Origin: Octopus vulgaris
Taxonomy: Eukaryota
NCBI GenBank assembly: GCA_951406725.2
Contig: OX597819.1
Span: 106,330,001 to 106,394,000, forward strand
Direction: 5' to 3'
Length of the DNA: 64,000 nt
The notes beneath the pieces are model-generated. The model was given only the letters and a program-made list of their open reading frames with translations, was not told the origin of the DNA and did not search any database. A program made the translations under genes and the position numbers. This document shows positions 52,795 to 64,000 of this stretch, in pieces (the stretch's first letter is position 1; the number at the start of each line of letters is the position of its first letter).

Positions 52795-52835
<41 letters not shown>

Positions 52836-52839
52836 TATA

Positions 52840-52883
<44 letters not shown>

Positions 52884-52974
52884 TAGTTCGATTGATAGAT
52901 AATAGATGTGGATATCTCTCTATCTATTTATCTAACTTAATATCTATTCCTATAACTATATATTTGATATGTTT

Positions 52975-53049
<75 letters not shown>

Positions 53050-53138
53050 CTTGTGAGTGTATGCGTGTGTGTGTTTATATCTGTGCGTGTCATTGTTTTT
53101 GGTCTGGCAATTATTTTATAATTCTTGTACCTATGTAG

Positions 53139-53170
<32 letters not shown>

Positions 53171-53673
53171 TCAGATACGCACACACATACACGCAAATAC
53201 TTGTGTGCATGTATCTGTGTATAGAATGGCGCTGTGTCATTTGTGTGAAAGGTTATTAATACTATTAAACGATTATATGATAAATAATCCGATCTTATAC
53301 GAAAATAACCATCTGTGTATCCAGCAATAATTAATGCTTTACTAATATCATTATTTTTAGAGACCAAAATACTTTGGGTATGAACTAATAGCTTCCACAA
53401 ATAGAAAATCATATCAATTAGCTACACTTCATGTGGTTTCCATTATGCTTGAAATAGCAGCCAAATATCGCTGATAATCTCTTTCAAAAAGTGAAGACAC
53501 ATTGGGGGATTTAATGTCCGATAAAATTCTTTTCCTGGAAAGTCTGTATAGACGTTTTTAAACAATAATAAACTGCTATATTTGCTAATATTAACTTGTA
53601 TAATATAGAAAAGCTAATGGCGCTACCTAGACATGATGACCAGACCTTTCAGAATTTTCTTTTTATAAATATA

Positions 53674-54070
53674 AGCGCAGGAGTAATTCTGTGGTAAGTA
53701 GCTCGCTTACCAGCTATGTGGCTCTGGGTTCAGTCCCACCGCGTGGAAACTTGGGCAAGTGTCTTCTAATATAGCCTCGGGCCGACCAAAGCCGTATGAG
53801 CGGATTTGGTAGACGGAAACTGAAAGAAGCCCGTTGTATATTTATGTATATGTGTGTGTGTGTGTGTGTTTGTGTGTTTGTCTCCCACCATCGCTTGACA
53901 ACCGATGTGGGTCTGTTTACGTCCCTGTAATCTATCGGTTCGGCAAAAAAGACCGAAAGAATAAGTACTAGGCTACAAAGAATAAGTACTGGGGTTGATT
54001 TGTTCGACTAGAGGCGGTGCTCCAGCATGGCCGCAGTCAAATGACTGAAACAAATAAAAGAATAAAGAAT
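53674..54070 (+). mobile_element. Family C SINE, full length, internal (TA)(TG)n
   Basis: Head with GGTTCAGTCCC, TTGGGCAAGTGTCTT centre, and tail CCAGCATGGCCGCAGTCAAATGACTGAAACAAATAAAAGAATAAAG. Confidence 0.88.
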
Positions 54071-54284
54071 ATACTCAGGCCTATTGCCCATTTTTTTACG
54101 AGGGGGGTAACCAGAACAAGAGACACCAGGCATTCCATTCATTTCTCAACTCAAATAGGAGTGCCCCGTTCTTTGTTCGGGTGAAGGCATAGAACGCAAC
54201 CCCCAATATCAGTAGCGATGGCATATGTTTGTTTACCCTCGACGCATAATCCTGGTTCCGTACCCCTTTGAGGAAAATGAAATT

Positions 54285-55300
54285 CACTCATCCGCCAACA
54301 AACACTCTCCAAGCTTTCCTATCATAAACTCTCTTGCTTCTCTCACTCCAGCACCTCTAACCACCAAAGCTTTTCTCACTCCATCCATCCACACAAACCG
54401 AGGTCTTCCTCTGATTCTGCTGCCTACTTCTACCTTCATCTTCCTCTCCACTTGGCCAAACTACTTCAACATTTGCCTATCTATTTTGGTTGTTAGTTTT
54501 TCTCTCATTCCTGCTCCCATTCGCACCACCTCATTCCTCATCCTGTTCATCCGTGTCACACCAACCACAGCCCTCAGACATCTCATCTCAAACACATCAA
54601 GTCGCCTCCTTTCAACCTTTCTCAGTCCCCACGTCGCTGCACCATATAACATTGTCGGCACAATCACGCTCTCATGCACACCTCTTTTCGCTTACATACT
54701 CAACATTTTATCTCTCAGTATACCTTTCACATCTTCAAGTATCCCTCCCTTTTGCCAAAAATATCTCACACATCTACCTTACTACAAATATGTGATCTGC
54801 ACACCTACTTCCACTACTAAAACGACACTGCTTCTCCTCTAGTACACTCTCTGTCTGGTTTCCCATCCTAACAATCAGAATTATCCCATACAATTTACCA
54901 ACCACACACAACAGACTTATGCCCCTAAAATTTCAACACTCACATTTATCCCTTTTCCCCTTGTACAGTTGCATTATACAGGCACTGCACCAGTCCTTTG
55001 GTACTCTTCTCGCCATATAACAAACATTCATAAACCTCACGAACCATACAATCACTGTCACTCGTCTTTTCTTTAGACATTCCACTGTACACCCATCTAT
55101 ACCTGGCGCCCTTCAGTTTGCCATCTCCCGCAAGGATTCCCTCAACTCCTCTCCTCCAACTGCACCGTAGTTCAGTTCACCCAAAACAGGAATTATCTCT
55201 TCCTACAGCAACTATACTTTCTTCCTTAATATCCTCCACATTTAACAGCTCACTAAAATACACTGCCCATCTCTTCAGGACTGCATTTATATATTTATTT
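54285..55300 (-). mobile_element. RTE/BovB-like LINE remnant with internal deletions
   Basis: VIVPTMLYGAATWGLRKVERRRLDVFEMRCLR..RGRPRFVWMDGV; upstream FRGISLL..CADHIF. Confidence 0.88.
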
Positions 55301-55364
55301 TTGCCGCTGTTGTTCAGCAGATGCTGCCTGAGTGATACCATACGGCACTTGAAAGCTGTCTTCA

Positions 55365-55620
55365 CTGATCTCAGGACTTTACCACTTTCATTTCATCTTA
55401 GGTATAGAGCCTGTTAACATCACTGGTTCCGAGTTGTCAGGATTTTGTGGGTTTTGATATCTATGGGGTGGTTTTCCATAAACAGACGAATCAAGTATCC
55501 CAAATGCACTAGTACTGCAAATGCATTGTGGGATGTTGTTTTGTTGTAAGAGGAGAGTTTCGACTGCCATATATTCCTAAGTTTGGTGTAACTTTGTCGG
55601 ATCACTATCTTTATTCACAG
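55365..55620 (-). mobile_element. R4/Dong-like RT C-terminal fragment
   Basis: YTKLRNIWQSKLSSYNKTTSHNAFAV..IDIKTHKILT..LYL. Confidence 0.55.
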
Positions 55621-56088
55621 CCTTCATATAATACATTTTCATTTATGCCTAGGTACTTGTAACATTCTTTGTTTGGAATGGGGGAGATAGTGAGACAGTT
55701 GATGCACTGGTTTTGGGTTTGGGAGAGACTAACTTTCCTCGTTCTATAACCAAATATTAAAATTTCTTTTGGCCAAATTCCATGCCTATATCAGCTGAAA
55801 ATGTTATTAATTCCAGTTGTTTTTTTGTTATTGTTGACGCGTTTAGCATAAATCTTGAGGTCTTCTACAAAGAAATTATGAGTTACAGCGATATTTCTAG
55901 CAGCTGAAGGTCCTAGCATGTAACCGTTTGTTTTCTGCAGTAGAAAAGATAATGGATTCAGTGCCAAAATGAAAAGAGGTACAGAAAGACTATCTGCCTG
56001 GAATATTCCCTTTGAAATGCCTATAATATCTGAAACAATTATTGTGATCTCAGTTGGAAAGGTGTATATATGTATGTATCTTTGTATG

Positions 56089-56122
<34 letters not shown>

Positions 56123-56967
56123 TGTATGTATGTATGTATGTATGTATCTATGTATGTATGTAAGTATGTATGTATATATGTATATATGTACGTTTGTATG
56201 TTCTCATTCTCTTTTTAATTTTAGAGTGAATTTTGACAAGTCACCTACTTGGTAGCGAAAGTGTGACAGAAAGCATCTTGTTTTAACCATCATACTGTAA
56301 ATGTTAAGAAAATTTTGTAGATTTGAATAGTCCCAAATATCGTAACCATTCTCCCTTCAAGGCTCCAAATTCAGCCATACTTTCTTCCAGACAGGTCACT
56401 ATGTATCTGTTGTTCCAATAACAATAAGATTAAGCTGAAAGTGTATTTGGGGCACTGGATTTGCAAACTCCTTTTCAATGGTTCATAAATGTCCTCTTTC
56501 TCATTTATGTTCTAACCCCATTTATGTCTAGAGCTCAGCAGAGTTCCACAACAGAAAATAGCGCTTCTTTGTGGTCTCACACAATATCTGGCCGATTGTG
56601 TTGTAATTTGATGGCTGTTTTAAATTTGAAGTTCCACCAATATACTGTGCATGTATGTATGTATGTATGTATGTATGTATGTATGTATGTATGTATGTAT
56701 GTATGTATGTATGTATGTATGTATGTATGTATGCATAGCCCAAGTCTATTGAGTTCTAACAACTGATTATTTTATGACTAAATGAAATCATAATACATGC
56801 GTAAATGTATATATACACACATACATACACACATACACACATATACATCTATTTATACATATCTATCTATCATATATATATATATATATATATATATCTT
56901 ATTATCTATGTATCTATGTATCTATGTATCTATCTATCTATCTATCTATCTATCAATCTATCAATCA

Positions 56968-57033
<66 letters not shown>

Positions 57034-57966
57034 TTATTTATTTATTTATGTATCATATATATCTCTCTCCCTATCTATCTATATATTTATCGGTGTGCAT
57101 CTCCGTATGAATATGCATGTATATAGATGAAAAAAGAAAGCACGCATCTTTATTAAGGCGATTATATGTTGCGTATTGAATCTCCAATTTAAATAAAATG
57201 TATTCTTCAAGAGAAATGTAATCCATGCATTTTCGAAATATTTTAGATTGTATTTATTTTCATTTCTGACAGTTAACATTAAAAGCAAGAGCATTGGCTA
57301 AATTGGGTACAAAATCGATAATCCTATTACTATGTATAAACGAACGGTTGGCGGTCGTTTGGAAAATTTGCAGGGAGACAAAATGCCTCCCAGTACTTCC
57401 TGAAATCTCGCTACATTTGTAGTTCAGCTCACCCTGAGATCTATGTTACCTTAGAGTTAAAACCTCGTTCTTAGGTCCATGAAATAAGAACGAGTAAATA
57501 ACTAAATTCAGCGTAGTACAGTGTACCCTACTACAAAATGGAGAACTTTTTACTTACGCTAGTGAACTTTATTAGATATAGAAGCACTAGATTAGTAAAT
57601 TTATTGCTGTAGTTAACCATATCGTTTTACTTTTATTTTCAAACTTAGTCCAGTTCCATCTTTTCGCAGGCAACAATTAAAGAACCAGTCATATTATATA
57701 AGACTATTTCCCCTATGTCTCTTTCGTGCAAATATGTAGACTTATGAGTCAATATAAAAAATTATTATGCATATTCATGACGTACATTTCAGTCACAATA
57801 TTTCTGATTCAATCTAGTTGTCATGAATCGATATAGATCAAATTTCAGTGAAGACAATATTGTCAGGTGTAGCGGATGTAGGTTAGCCCCAAGTTTAACA
57901 TGACTGAGATCTATGGTCAAGAGCATGTATATGCATATATGTGTGTGTGCGTGTGTATGAATATAT

Positions 57967-58042
<76 letters not shown>

Positions 58043-58685
58043 ATATTTGTGTGTGTGTGTGTAGCTACGTGGTTTAGTCGTTAGGGTGTTGCCTTCAGGC
58101 AATAACTGTATTCTCTTGAGGTCCCATCCCGTGCTAAGTTGCTTGATAACTTGGTATGTTAGACCATAAACAGAGTGAATGTTTACTAGTAAGAAGTACC
58201 CTAACAAGAATTTTACCCATGTCTGATTTTCCAGAGCAAATCAAGCATACAATGTGTTTAAAGAGGGAACATTTGGCTTACGGTCCTTGAGATTAATTCT
58301 TGGGGAGTTATGTGTAAGGGCTTCAGTTCTATCAGCAGGATTAGGAGAGTTTAGAATACTCCGTCCAAAACCATTAATGTTAGTTAAGTTAGATTTGTCT
58401 GCCATATGATAATACTTGTACATTTCTTTCAGTATTAGATGTTTTGTAAAGATTAATATCCAAGAAGTATGAATGTTCTGCTTTATCAATAGGCATCAAA
58501 GTCTGCGTGTAAATGTGTTGACTTTCTGGATAAAGATCTTACTGTATTCATTACGTTGTGGGAAAGGAATATTCTTTAGTGAACCCCGAAGATATATGTT
58601 CTCCGTCGTGCGAATCGTCTGTTATAAAAACTATAAATTAGATACATAAATTAATTTGTATTAAGAATAGGGTAAGAAAGACTAA

Positions 58686-59010
58686 GTGGAGGCGCAATGC
58701 CCCAGTGGTTAGGGCAGCGGATTCGCGGTCGGAGGATCGCAGTTTCGATTCCCAGACCGGTCGTTGTGTATGTTTATTGAGCGAAATCACCTAAAGCTCC
58801 ATGAGGCTCTGGCAGGTGGTGGTGGTGGCGACTCCTGTTGTACTCTTTCGCACCGGCTTTCTCTCACTCTTTCTTCCTGTTTCTTAAGTAACGTTGCGAT
58901 GGACTGGCGTCCCGTCCAGCTGGGGGGAACACATACGCCATAGAAACCGGGAAACCGGGCCCATGAGCCTGACTAGGCTTGAAAAGGGCGCGTAAATAAT
59001 AAATAAAAGA
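58686..59010 (+). mobile_element. Chimeric tRNA SINE (head and centre of the 49498 type, tail of the 48720 type)
   Basis: GAGCGAAATCACCTAAAG centre, then AGTAACGTTGCGATGGACTGGCG..GGCTTGAAAAGGGCGC tail. Confidence 0.85.
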
Positions 59011-59870
59011 ACGAATGAAACAGAATTCACGGTAAGTTCCCTGCATGACTATCGAGAAAAAGCATGGCTATCGCAGACAAAGAAACACACTTTTGCTCAT
59101 GGAAATGTTCCAGACTCTCGTCTTTAATATTTTTAATCTGTAATATGAACCCTAGTATTTTGTTTTATATTTATGAACTACATAGATGCAAGTAAAACAC
59201 CCTGGGATTAAAAGAAAGAAAACATGGCGCAACAGAGCCATGCAACTTATTCGTTGCGCCGATTGTTTTGCTTCCAATACACATAGATGACCTAGCAAAC
59301 ATGGTTATATTTTTGTGAGTAATGGTAGTTTTATATAGTAGACCATAATCATCTGTTCAGTTTATATGCGCAGTAGTTATCTCAACGGAGAATTAAAGAA
59401 ATGCAAAACTATTCGGAGCGGTTAGATCATGTGTCACACTAAACACTATATATCATAATAATAATATTTGTGTATTTCTAGATTTGTTAAATTATGTTCC
59501 ATTGTTGGTATTATTGGCTCTCTAATTTCTATATTTTTGTATGAATTTAATGAACATCCTCATAAATTATATATGAAAATACATTGTTAAAGCACAGCTA
59601 ATGTATATGCCACGACCCCTTTCTCACAAATGTGAGAAACTCTATTACAATCCGCTCGACTAATTGCAATAAGATAGCTGACAAATACCACTCAAATTAC
59701 AAAGTAATATGTTTGTAATTTGAGAGGTAGTTTATATTGAGAGGTAAAAACATAACCTGATGTTCGACCTCAATGCACATATACTTCAGAAAAAGTGTTA
59801 GTTGTTTACAGAACTTAAATATGAAATAGAATAATTGACTAAGGAACATGAAATTATGCAATACACTTCG

Positions 59871-59907
<37 letters not shown>

Positions 59908-60397
59908 CATATATATAGATAAAACTTACTTGGAAAAGAACACGTGGCGTTCGATCATATAATAATATAATATAAATAAATAATATAAATACATACATAT
60001 ATGCACATACCTACATATATATGTATATATACATGCATATGTGGGTACAAGACATAAAAAAAACGTTGAACACAATGAGAAACGAAAACATAAAAACAAA
60101 AACATAGAAACGAACTTTTTTTCGGACAACGGAAAAACAAACAAACAGAGAAACGAGACATACAACATAAAGAATATTCCCCTTCTTCAGTTGTCCCTGT
60201 TTCAACCACTCGTTCTTCGTTTTGTCTTACATAGATGTGTTCCACTCTGTTTTACTGCATTTTTTTTGTTTCTGTCCCTTAGCCGCATTCAAACCATCGA
60301 CTGAACGGTCTACATGTCCGTTCAAAACACTTATGGGCGTATTCCATACATTGAGTAGTTCAATCCACTCTAGGCCAAATAGATTAAGTAAATCTTT

Positions 60398-60466
<69 letters not shown>

Positions 60467-60469
60467 CCT

Positions 60470-62151
60470 TTTACGTTTGAACCCGATGTGTTACATTTCA
60501 TACGAATTCACCGAAAAAATATAATCTTTTTCCCGTAACGCCAAGTCTAGATTTAATTAATTTCGGCTTACCGACTTATTTTAAGTTGTTTTCGTTTATA
60601 ATGGTGATATCATTATTAGTGTTCAACTTCATTTTAACACTTGTATTCTGATTTTCACCTTCACGAATTTCCTCATCGTTATATTACCAATTTCTTCCGA
60701 TGCCATACTTTTTATTCTTTTTCTTCTGTTCTGATGTTTTGTCATCTTCGTTCTACATCGCGCGATTATATATCCTATATTTCCACCACTAAAGCACTTC
60801 GCCATTTTAAATGAACGTTTTTTCATCTGGTGTATACCACCACATGCAAAACCTGGATTTATTTCATGATTTTTGTCGTATGTTTTAGAAAACACGTTAT
60901 CTTTATTCTGACTATTTCGCATTTATTTCACTTGGAAACAATCTTTACGTTCAATTTCTACTGTGCCGTGTCTTAATTTGACTATTCTTTCACATTCTTC
61001 TGACAGTTGTTGTAGGGTTACATCCTGGTTTTGTTCTAGTTTAGTGAGAATTCTTGTTCTAACTTCTACGTCTTCTCCTGCAGTTAGTCCCTGTGTAAAA
61101 ATCAGGCATTTGAACATATTTGGAGTTAATTCAAGCTTAAACTTCTCACATTACTTGTTTACATCACATATATTGGTTGAGTAAACAGGCAATGTGAGAA
61201 GTTTAAGCTTGACGAATTAACGCCAAATATGTTCAAATGCCTAATTTTTACACAGGGACTAACTGCAGGAGAAGAGATAGAAGAGCTCATTGTTCAACAC
61301 ACGTTGGAATTGCCTAAACACAGAGAAAAATAACGACGAAGATGAGCTCATTTCATTGAAAATTTTACACAATATATCTGTTGTGTCATTAAAGATTATG
61401 TCCCAAGGTATTTTGGGGAGAACATAATTACTGAATCGTTCATGTTATGTTGCCGCCAGTTTCCACAAGATTAAGCCCGTTTTCATCTCGTCGTCCCAAT
61501 CTTTACATTCTTGCTCAAAGATTTGCTCATATCTTCTGTAGTAAGCTTCGAAGCTAACTTCTTCATCAGGTTCGTATTTGAACTCTGTTATGGAGTTCTC
61601 GACATAGTCTGTCCAGAACACTTTTTCTGACTTTCCTGACGATTTCAGTAATTGCAGCTTTTATTGCTGTAATATTTTTTGTTGCTGTTTTTGTTGTTGC
61701 TCTCGAAGTTGAATCTGCTTCTGTTGTTGTTCTTTCAGTCGTTGTTGGTGGTGTTGTTGTTGCTTCAGTTGTCGTTATTGCAGTTGTAGCTTTGTCGTTC
61801 TTTCAGTTGCTGCTTTTCCGTGTTTTGCAGCTCGATCAAACCGGCCAACAAACTTTCCATTTTGTGAGTTTGTTAACTCGTCGTGAGTTTTTAAAATCCT
61901 CGTCGAGTTTATTAATTCTTAGTGAGTTATTTAACTCCTTGTCACCACTGTTATAATCCTTAAAATGTTCGACTGTTATAACATCCACTCCGGTATACAA
62001 TATACTTAGTAAAACCAGTAAAGATACGACTATCTCTGACCGCCTACTACGTAATCCGGTTCTTCACATACTTCTCTTTACTTATCGTGACTATGTTATT
62101 CCATTCGTCACGTGGGAGGATGTGTATCATTATTATTAATTCCCTACAACA
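60470..62151 (-). mobile_element. Gypsy (Mag/K02A2.6-like) LTR retrotransposon 5' remnant: LTR, PBS, gag, decayed protease
   Basis: Q-rich N-terminus from ~61860; YYRRYEQIFEQECKDWDD..FSNYVLPK; MFKCLIFTQGLT..RTRILTKLEQ; decayed zinc knuckle ACGGIH..KCF; KLNTNNDITI resembles LDTGSDITI. Confidence 0.85.
61949..62151 (-). repeat. 5' LTR (~200 bp) with adjacent primer-binding site
   Basis: Minus strand TGTTGTA...TATAACA followed by GTGGTGACAAGG (PBS-like), upstream of gag. Confidence 0.7.
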
Positions 62152-64000
62152 TTTTCTTTGTTACATTTGACAATATGAGATTTAATAAGTTTCAACATAA
62201 TTAGCCAGTTTGCGTTTGGCCACTTTCCCACTTTAGATGCTTATTATTGTTTTAAATAACATCTCTTTAATAAGACTGTAATACACTTTCGCAATTTATA
62301 TTTCGCATTTTAAGCTTCCTGCTTTAAAACAGAAAATTTTCATTATTATTTACTCACTTAATATTCACACTTCATTCCTCTATTTCTGTTTTTAATCTTT
62401 TAATTTTATTTCATGATATTTTTCTTTAACACTATACTTAATTCCGTTAATTCCCGCGAACGAATATTACGTTATTTGTTTTCTATAATGTATTTTAAAC
62501 ATAATTTATAAATGTCTTGAATGGTTGGAATTGCTTTATAAATATTTCAAGTTTAAAAAAATGTTTTCGTGTAGCTTATTAAAGATTAAAAATTAATTTT
62601 GGTGTGTTGTGTCTCAAACTGAAGAAACAATGAGATGCCAGAATGGTTGATAATTTAGATCTTAAAACGCTTTCTTTGAACTGATTCCAATTAGAAATGT
62701 CTGAAATATTTAAGTCGAGTTCCAGAAGATGAATTCCAGTATCAGCGTGGTTTTCATAATATTTTCAGCCATTTATATAATGTAGGGTTAAACATAATTA
62801 AAATTGTGGCAGACAACATTAATGTTATTCTGTAAATCAAGAGAAATGGAGATATGCCTGTACTCTAACAAAACTATGATATTTAGTGTAACAAGAAAGA
62901 AACATAACGTATATTTGAATGTCATAAAATGTTTTGTACTCCATCATATTTTAATTTTCAGATTGTAAAATGTATGCATTTAGGAGGATAGAATTTCTAA
63001 AATTTGGACTTACAAAACATCAGATGTAAGAGAAAGGAAAATGTCCGTGGAGATTAGACTGTTAGAAACAGCAGCAAACTGCTATTTAATCCGTATGCAA
63101 CATTAAATAACAGGTTCTACATATATTACGTTTGAAAATGAGATTGGAATTTACGTCCGCTAGTTTTTTAAGACTATTGTCAAAGGGAATCAACGAAACT
63201 TACTTTTTTTTTGCAGAAAGGCAAAATAAATTTTCATGATTTCTCATGCAGTTCTGGAGCAAATAATTGATATATGTACATGTTGGTTTTTCACAGTATG
63301 ATACACAATTTTAGATAATGAGAATTACAAAAGAAACAAACATCTAACTGAATTTATTAGGTACACTCTGACTGAAACCAAGGATAAAATTAATCATCTG
63401 AAACAAATTCGTAATAAACGAATTCACAAACAAACAGCTGCTTTGACATGTTTATTCCCCTGTGTTACATCATTATTATCATTATCTGAAATTGCTTTTT
63501 ACAAGCTGCAATGATTGCAGCGTTTGATTTTTGTACGGTAGCTAGTTTCAGTTGTATGATTTTTCAATAAAAGTATTATTAATAAATGAATATTGTACAA
63601 TGTGCATTTAAATATATAAATATAATATATAAAATATAAATATATTAGTGTATGTATACACACATGCCGATGATAGCATGAACAAAAATTAAAATACCCA
63701 GTATCAATTAGAGGATATAATGTATAACACAGATGAAAAACATAATATTCGACAATTCAAAGAATACTGTAAAATTCACAATATAGTAGTAGCAGGTCAG
63801 ATGTAACGCCATCTTTCATTTATGGCGGAAAGCGTGGCTGTTACAGTTTAGTGGATATAATTTTAATATGAGTTGTGTTATTTCCCAGCTGATTGCTGCA
63901 AGACACCTGGTTATAATTTGCTTCAAATGAGGGGAACCTCCTTGCAATGAATAAATGTTTACGTATTCGATTATAACAAGCGTTTTCTGCAAATAACAAA

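Noticed and set aside
52086-52795. TA-flanked pyrimidine-rich segment as another hammerhead element
   Set aside because: Best motif (CTAAGGT-GAC-TG-GTC-GTAA) has too many core mismatches.
58241-58600. 82-aa ORF or retroelement endonuclease relic
   Set aside because: No recognisable motif; unresolved.
60037-60400. Microsatellite-flanked element with CTGAAGA on the minus strand
   Set aside because: pLTR-like in style, but no properly placed stem II-GAAA-NUH could be built.
62200-64000. Host exon or promoter in the unique AT-rich tail of the window
   Set aside because: No ORF of 60 aa or more and no convincing splice-bounded frame; short exons cannot be excluded without RNA-seq.

Overview
AT-rich eukaryotic DNA, dense in microsatellites ((TA)n, (CA)n, (TATG)n, (TATC)n, (TACC)n, (TAA)n). 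The SINE types and repeat landscape look like a coleoid cephalopod, probably Octopus (inference from remembered families, no search run). I could not support any host protein-coding exon, so this is intergenic or deep intronic sequence made mostly of transposable-element debris. That debris includes one young 5'-truncated CR1-like LINE with an unbroken 755-aa RT ORF, a second decayed CR1/L2-like LINE, several RTE fragments, R4/Dong-like fragments, a Penelope-like remnant, six Tc1/mariner-superfamily remnants (one nested in another), a Charlie/Buster-type hAT fossil, a Gypsy 5' LTR-gag-protease remnant, and many tRNA-derived SINEs with swapped modules and multimers. The most interesting signal is a set of short non-coding elements (about 130-470 bp) embedded in (TA)n tracts. 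Each carries a minimal type I hammerhead-ribozyme motif (best copy 39578-39650, perfect CUGAUGA/GAAA/GUC core), and two also have a near-perfect fold-back palindrome at the 5' end. They resemble Penelope solo pLTRs or retrozyme-like elements. All translations and foldings were done by eye; boundaries of decayed elements are approximate.
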